A stretch of DNA of 64,000 bases. Origin: Planctomycetota bacterium (lineage in GTDB: Bacteria; Planctomycetota; UBA8108; SXIK01). The notes under the pieces were generated by a model. It had not been told where the DNA came from and ran no database searches. It saw only the letters and a program-made list of their open reading frames with translations. Positions 58,970-64,000 of this stretch are shown here, one piece after another. The translations under genes were made by a program, and so were the position numbers. How positions within the stretch are numbered: position 1 is the first letter of the stretch; every line of letters begins with the position of its first letter. The stretch is from assembly GCA_965223845.1 (NCBI GenBank), contig CBDCXR010000004.1:1952001-2016000 (forward strand), given 5' to 3'.

Positions 58970-61900
58970 TCAGCCCCCCTTCCCAGAGTCGAGCTCCGGA
59001 TCCCAGAAGAGGGGCAAATATCGGTAATAGACCTCGAGACTGAGGATCGCAAAGCACGTCGAGAGGAGCCGCCCTCCTCCCTCGGTCCACGAGTCGGTCG
59101 GGTCCCAGCTTCCCGCTTTCGGGCCTTCGCTGTGCTGCGTGCGTACGAGGTACTCCCTCGCTTGCTCGTTCCACCGCTCCCAGATCCACCCCTGGTACTG
59201 GTAGAGCCCGAGCGTCGAGTAGTAGACGAAGTAGAGATTGTTGAGCTGAGGATTGCGCGTGTTCTCGCTGTGGATGTACCGCGCCGCCTCCTCGATGTTT
59301 CGGTCCGTGCGGCTCGACCCGAGGAGCTGGCGAACGAACATTCCCTCCGCCACCATGGCGATGCGAGGCTCCTCGGGGTTCGAGTATCCGTAGATTCCCT
59401 GGTGCGTTCCGCCGGCGACCTCGACGTCGAGCCAATGACGCGCGCGCTCGAAGCTCGCCTCGGGGACGCGGTAGCCCGCGTTCTTGAGACTCGTAAGCGC
59501 CATCACTTGCCAGCCCGTAACCGACGTATCACCCCGAACCGGAGGTTGGGGGAGGTAACGCCACCCGCCGGTGGTGCGATTCTGCGCGCGGACGATGATC
59601 GTGCCGGCGTTTCGGAGTGGAACGCGCAGACGCTTATCGCGCGTGAGGATATAAGCCTCGCTGAGTGCGAGCGTCGCGATCCCGTGGTTGTAGAGGACGT
59701 ACTTCTGGTCGCGACCGGCGATGAGCCCGTCTTTCGTCTGCATGTCGAGCAGCCAGTCGATCGCGCGTTTGACGTGGTAGCGGTAGGGGCTCGACGTGTT
59801 GGCGTGCGTGTGGTTTTGCCCGAGAAAACAAAGGAGAGCGAGTCCCGTGATCGCGACATCGCAGCGCGTGTGGAATCCCGGGCTTCCGCAATCGGGGCAA
59901 GTCGCGAGGAACCCGTCGACATCCCAGCGGCCGTCGGGCGACTGGTTGCGCGCGAGCCACTCGAGACCGAGTCGGACCGCATTCTCCGATTCCGGTGTTC
60001 CGCCCATCGATCGGACGAGCTTCTTTCGACTCGGCTCGGACCGAACGCTGCGCAAGTCCGTTTTCTCGTTGGGATCGGACTCCGGCAGAACGACCGCGAC
60101 CGAGGGGGAGCTCGTCTTCGGGAGATCGACGCGCGCGACCTCGGTGGCGGCCGGTGGCGCCGGGCGAACGACGGCCTCCGCGACGAGCGACGAAGGCGCG
60201 CTCGACGAGCCGGCGGGCTCGCTGCCTTGCGCGGGAGACGCGGCGACGTGCGGCGTCGGCGATCGGTGCGACGACTGTGCGAGGCGCGCACGCGGGACCT
60301 CGAGCCCGAGGACGTCTCCGACCTCCGGCGCGCCCGCCGCGACGCGTCGCCCGGCTTCGCCGTCGGGGAGCCGCACGTCGGTCTCAAAGGGCGCGGGCGT
60401 AGGGCTCGCGTCGACCGTGGTGAGACTGCCCGGAGTCGGCGCCGACGCGAGTGGCGCCGGTGAGGCAGCGGTCACCGCGTTGAGCGCGTTCGCCGGCGCG
60501 ACCTCGGGAGCGGACGCTGGCGCCGGTGTCGACGCCGGTGACCCGCTGGCTCGCGAGCTCGTACTCGGGGACGAGTCGAGTCGCCTCTCCGCGCGCGTCG
60601 GCCGCGGGACGATCTCGCTCCTCGCCGCGCTCGCACGCGCAAGCTCGACCGGACTCGGCTCCGGAAGTCGGTCCGGGTCTGCCTTTGCCGTCGGCAGTCG
60701 GGACGCGACGTCGAGGGACGACTCGCGCAGCTCCGCGGCCGCGTCGGGCACGTCGGTCGGCGCCACTCCCGTCGGTGCTCTCACCCATTCGGACCGAACG
60801 GCCAGCGTCGCCGCGCTCGGCGGCGGCGGAGCGGGCGCCGGCGCGGGGAGCGGGCGAGCGATGGCTCGCGCCTCGACACGACGACTCGGCGCGGAGGGTT
60901 CGACGGACAGCTCGGGCTCCGGCTCGGTGACTCGCGCCGGAAGCGGCAGCTCGTCCCGGAAGAGAGGCTGCGCGGGAGCGACCCGCGCGAGCGGGGGGAG
61001 CGTCTCGGGCGGTTCGGGCACCTCCGCGCGGACTTGCGTGCGCGCCGCCCGTGTGACCGTCCGGGCGTGAACGATGGCCTGAGATGACTCGTGCGCGACG
61101 ACCGCGCCGACCGCGCCGGGTCGAGGCGTTTCCGACTCTACCTGAAGGCTCTTTGCGACGCCGGCCGGCGCGAGCTGCGGCTCGCTCGCCGGCTCGACCG
61201 GAACGGGACTCGGGAGCGACTCGACCGCGACCCGCTCGTGGCGCGCTAAGTCCTCGACGAGCTCCGTACGCGGCGCACTCACCGTCACCTCCGGGAGATT
61301 CGGCAGCGCGGCCGCCGTTGCTGCGACCGTGGCGACGCGCTCGAGCGCCGGAGTTTCGACGACGTGCGCGTCGACGGACGAGACGAGCGGCGTGGTCGGC
61401 AGCACGCGCTGAGTCGACGTCGGAGTCGAGAGCTCGGGCGCCGCGGACGGGTCGAGCTCTTCGGGGAGATCGAGATCGAAGCGCTGCGTCGCGAGCGTGA
61501 GCCGCGCCTGGAGGGTCTTCTCGATCGTGACCTCCGCGAGCGCGGCCTTCGGAGCAAGGGGCTCGAACTCGGTGCTGATTCGCCAGAAGTAGAACCCGTA
61601 GAGCATACCGACATGAAGAAAGACGGCGGCGAGCGCGCAGCGGAGAGAGAGACTGAGCGCCCAAAAGTGACGGTAGCGAAGAACCGCCCAAACCGCCCCG
61701 AGGAGAGCGACTCCTCCGATGACGAATCCGCCGATCCAGACCGCGTACTCCGTCGCGACCTCAAGTGGAACCGCATTCAGCGAAAGCTCCGGCGCGACCT
61801 CGTGCGAGCGACTCTCGAAGTAAGCCGACGCGCCCGTGTCCACGTTCGTCACGCGGTACGCGAGCGCAAAGCCCTCGAGGAATAGAACGGGATGGCTGTC

Positions 61901-62902
61901 GTCGAGCGAGGAGTTCACCGTCGGGCCGATACTCTCCGGTTCCCCGCATCGGATCCGCGTCGCCGAGCGTTCGTCGCCGCCGCTCACGCGGCTGCGACTG
62001 CGGTAGATGTCGAGTCCGCCCTTACCACCGGCGCGATTCGATGCGAAGTAGAGAAACGTTCCGCTCGGCGAGAACGAGGGAGTCGTTTCGTCGCTCTCCC
62101 GCGCGCTCGCGGAAATCGGCTCCGGATCGGACCACCCGCCGCGGAGTCGCCCCCCCGCGGGAGCGTAGACGACCGCGAGATTGTCGTCCGCGGCCGTCCA
62201 GTTCGCGATCGGAACGTCGTCCCACTCCTCGGGCGGCGAGAGGATGAAGGTCTCGGGACGGTTCGTCGCGAAGACGAGGAGCCGTCCGTTCGGGTGCGGC
62301 GCGGGGCCGTAGTCGTCGAAGGGCGAGTTGACGCGCGAGCCGAGATGGATCGGCTCCGACCACCCCGTCTCCGCACGGCGACTCGCGTAGAGATCGAAAC
62401 CTCCGAGCCCGCGCGGACGATCGCTCGCGAAGAAGAGGACGCTCCCGTCGCGAGTGAGAACGGGAGTCACCTCATCGTGCTCCGTGTGGATCGGTGCCGA
62501 GTCTCCTCCGAGAAGAGCGGGCTCGGTCCAGCCGTCGCGCGTGAGTGTCCGCTCGAAGAGATCGTAGTCACCGGCGTCGCTTCGGAGCGAAACGACGACC
62601 GACGTCTCGGACGTCGCGCCACCCGTTTCGTCGCCGGCGGTGATCTCGATCGCGGGCGGGATCTCACGCGGCGACGACCAGAGGACGCTTCGAATGTTCA
62701 GGCGATCCTTCGAGTCCCAGATCACGTCGCCGTCGCGGTAGATCCAGCGCACGAGGCCGGTGCGAAACCCGGCCCAGACCGCGACGAGTATCGTCGTCGC
62801 GACGACGGCCGCGATCCAGCCGCCGGCCGTCCACCACGATCGTGGCGAGGGGGGCGGCGATCCCGTAGACGCTCGCGACTCTCCTTGGATCTCGCGTCTC
62901 AT
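58970..62902 (-). CDS. Multidomain membrane protein: PD40/TolB-like propeller, TM hairpin with TonB-type His, Pro/Ala-rich linker, prenyltransferase-like (alpha/alpha)6 barrel
   Basis: LFFASDRPRGLGGFDLY and LYFASNRAGGKGGLDIY (PD40), AVFLHVG TM, ~500-aa P/A/S linker, WLARNQSPDGRW, AQNRTTGGWRY, KAGSW. Confidence 0.87.
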   Translation of the reverse strand: MRREIQGESRASTGSPPPSPRSWWTAGGWIAAVVATTILVAVWAGFRTGLVRWIYRDGDVIWDSKDRLNIRSVLWSSPREIPPAIEITAGDETGGATSETSVVVSLRSDAGDYDLFERTLTRDGWTEPALLGGDSAPIHTEHDEVTPVLTRDGSVLFFASDRPRGLGGFDLYASRRAETGWSEPIHLGSRVNSPFDDYGPAPHPNGRLLVFATNRPETFILSPPEEWDDVPIANWTAADDNLAVVYAPAGGRLRGGWSDPEPISASARESDETTPSFSPSGTFLYFASNRAGGKGGLDIYRSRSRVSGGDERSATRIRCGEPESIGPTVNSSLDDSHPVLFLEGFALAYRVTNVDTGASAYFESRSHEVAPELSLNAVPLEVATEYAVWIGGFVIGGVALLGAVWAVLRYRHFWALSLSLRCALAAVFLHVGMLYGFYFWRISTEFEPLAPKAALAEVTIEKTLQARLTLATQRFDLDLPEELDPSAAPELSTPTSTQRVLPTTPLVSSVDAHVVETPALERVATVAATAAALPNLPEVTVSAPRTELVEDLARHERVAVESLPSPVPVEPASEPQLAPAGVAKSLQVESETPRPGAVGAVVAHESSQAIVHARTVTRAARTQVRAEVPEPPETLPPLARVAPAQPLFRDELPLPARVTEPEPELSVEPSAPSRRVEARAIARPLPAPAPAPPPPSAATLAVRSEWVRAPTGVAPTDVPDAAAELRESSLDVASRLPTAKADPDRLPEPSPVELARASAARSEIVPRPTRAERRLDSSPSTSSRASGSPASTPAPASAPEVAPANALNAVTAASPAPLASAPTPGSLTTVDASPTPAPFETDVRLPDGEAGRRVAAGAPEVGDVLGLEVPRARLAQSSHRSPTPHVAASPAQGSEPAGSSSAPSSLVAEAVVRPAPPAATEVARVDLPKTSSPSVAVVLPESDPNEKTDLRSVRSEPSRKKLVRSMGGTPESENAVRLGLEWLARNQSPDGRWDVDGFLATCPDCGSPGFHTRCDVAITGLALLCFLGQNHTHANTSSPYRYHVKRAIDWLLDMQTKDGLIAGRDQKYVLYNHGIATLALSEAYILTRDKRLRVPLRNAGTIIVRAQNRTTGGWRYLPQPPVRGDTSVTGWQVMALTSLKNAGYRVPEASFERARHWLDVEVAGGTHQGIYGYSNPEEPRIAMVAEGMFVRQLLGSSRTDRNIEEAARYIHSENTRNPQLNNLYFVYYSTLGLYQYQGWIWERWNEQAREYLVRTQHSEGPKAGSWDPTDSWTEGGGRLLSTCFAILSLEVYYRYLPLFWDPELDSGKGG

Positions 62903-63312
62903 TCTTCTTGCGTGAACGCGAAGTTGGGCGTCTTGAACCCGATGCGCGTGCAGATCTCGAGCGTCTCGGCCATCGCGGTGACGCGGCCGCGCGTGTCCGT
63001 GCGGATGACGACCTCGCCGTCCGGCTTTTCCTCGTGGCGTGCTCGGACGATGCGCTCGAGCTCCGCGAGATCACGAACGCGACCGTCGACGATCTTCTGA
63101 CCATCGGCGTCGATGTTGATGACGAGGACGTCGTTCACGGTGCTGATCGGCATCGTTGAGCGCGTCTTCGCGAGTCGAATGCTCTCGTCGCGCTCTGCCT
63201 CGTGAAACCGGCTCGTCGCGATGAAGAAGACGACGAGGATGAACATCATGTCGATGAACGTCGTCAGGTTCGGCGCGCTATCGCCGCTCGCATCGGGGCG
63301 TCGGATTCTCAT
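62899..63312 (-). CDS. exbD: ExbD/TolR biopolymer transport protein
   Basis: PNLTTFIDMMFILVVFF with conserved TM Asp, and VVIRTD. Confidence 0.93.
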   Translation of the reverse strand: MRIRRPDASGDSAPNLTTFIDMMFILVVFFIATSRFHEAERDESIRLAKTRSTMPISTVNDVLVINIDADGQKIVDGRVRDLAELERIVRARHEEKPDGEVVIRTDTRGRVTAMAETLEICTRIGFKTPNFAFTQEE

Positions 63313-63350
63313 TGGCGTGTGCTCTCCACGCGTTTTCGATCAGCCGCTGG

Positions 63351-64000
63351 TCAAGAGTTCGCACCGGCGGCGAGATCGGTCCGACCGATTCTCTCCGTGT
63401 CGTCGTCGTCGGGAACGTCCTCGACACCGAGCGGCGCGCGAGGGGCCGTTACGGCGGAATCGTCGTCGAAGCAGCGGTCGAGGAAATGCGACGCCGCGGC
63501 GTCGAGCTCGTCCATCACGCGGTCGACTCGCCCCTGGAAAACGTGGTGGAGAAGCATGGAGGGAATCGCGACGGTGAGGCCAGCGGCGGTCGTTACGAGC
63601 GCGTGGTAGATTCCGTCCGCGAGCCGCTGTGCGCGCTCCGCCGTGCCCGCCTCACTCGCCTCGCCAAAACAGATGATGAGACCGAAGACGGTTCCGAGCA
63701 GTCCCAACAGCGGAGCGAGCGTCGCGACGACGGAAAACGCGCGCAGCCGTCGTTTGAGGAGGTCGAGCTCTCTCGCGCCGAACTCTTCGAGCGTCGTTTC
63801 GACCTCAGCCTCCCCGCGGCGGAGTCGCCGGAGGCCCTGGCGGAGCATCCGACCCACCGTGGTGTTCGACTCGCGACAAACTTCTTGCGCCGCGGTCGTA
63901 TCGGTCGCGAAACCGTCGTCGAAGCCGAGTTCGTCGACGACTCGGTCGACGAGCTCGATCCCGCCGATACGCGAGCGCCGGAGACTGATCCAGCGCTCGA
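63351..64000 (-). CDS. exbB: MotA/TolQ/ExbB proton channel (5' end outside window)
   Basis: APLLGLLGTVFG and GIYHALVTTAAGLTVAIP. The frame stays open to the window edge (ERWISLRRSR). Confidence 0.93.
   Translation of the reverse strand, partial: ERWISLRRSRIGGIELVDRVVDELGFDDGFATDTTAAQEVCRESNTTVGRMLRQGLRRLRRGEAEVETTLEEFGARELDLLKRRLRAFSVVATLAPLLGLLGTVFGLIICFGEASEAGTAERAQRLADGIYHALVTTAAGLTVAIPSMLLHHVFQGRVDRVMDELDAAASHFLDRCFDDDSAVTAPRAPLGVEDVPDDDDTERIGRTDLAAGANS

Overview
High-GC bacterial chromosome segment, most consistent with Planctomycetota (inferred from the MoxR/VWA/prenyltransferase-repeat operon, the ECF sigma type and the dockerin-tailed protein). Positions 1-~5430 are the right end of a lower-GC integrative element inserted at the 3' end of the tmRNA gene (ssrA, 5400-5756, minus strand). 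It carries a Rad50/RloC-like ABC ATPase with a HEPN-like tail, two HTH proteins and a tyrosine integrase whose ORF reads through the att site. The host portion has: a Tct transporter with a TctC-TctB fusion; a ~24 kb minus-strand run (rhomboid, PQQ propeller, HEAT/lectin, prenyltransferase-repeat, MoxR, DUF58, two VWA proteins, coiled-coil proteins, NPCBM, thioredoxin-TPR, HAD); squalene/phytoene synthase; a DoxX-ApbE-Tat oxidoreductase module; an FGE-dockerin/ECF/anti-sigma islet; glnK-amt-porin behind a sigma54/NtrC-like promoter; a sugar-catabolic trio; dapL; topA; and ExbB-ExbD coupled to a 1310-aa PD40/TonB-like/(alpha/alpha)6-barrel protein. No CRISPR array, rRNA or true tRNA was seen. 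All calls are by-eye motif recognition; no database search was run.
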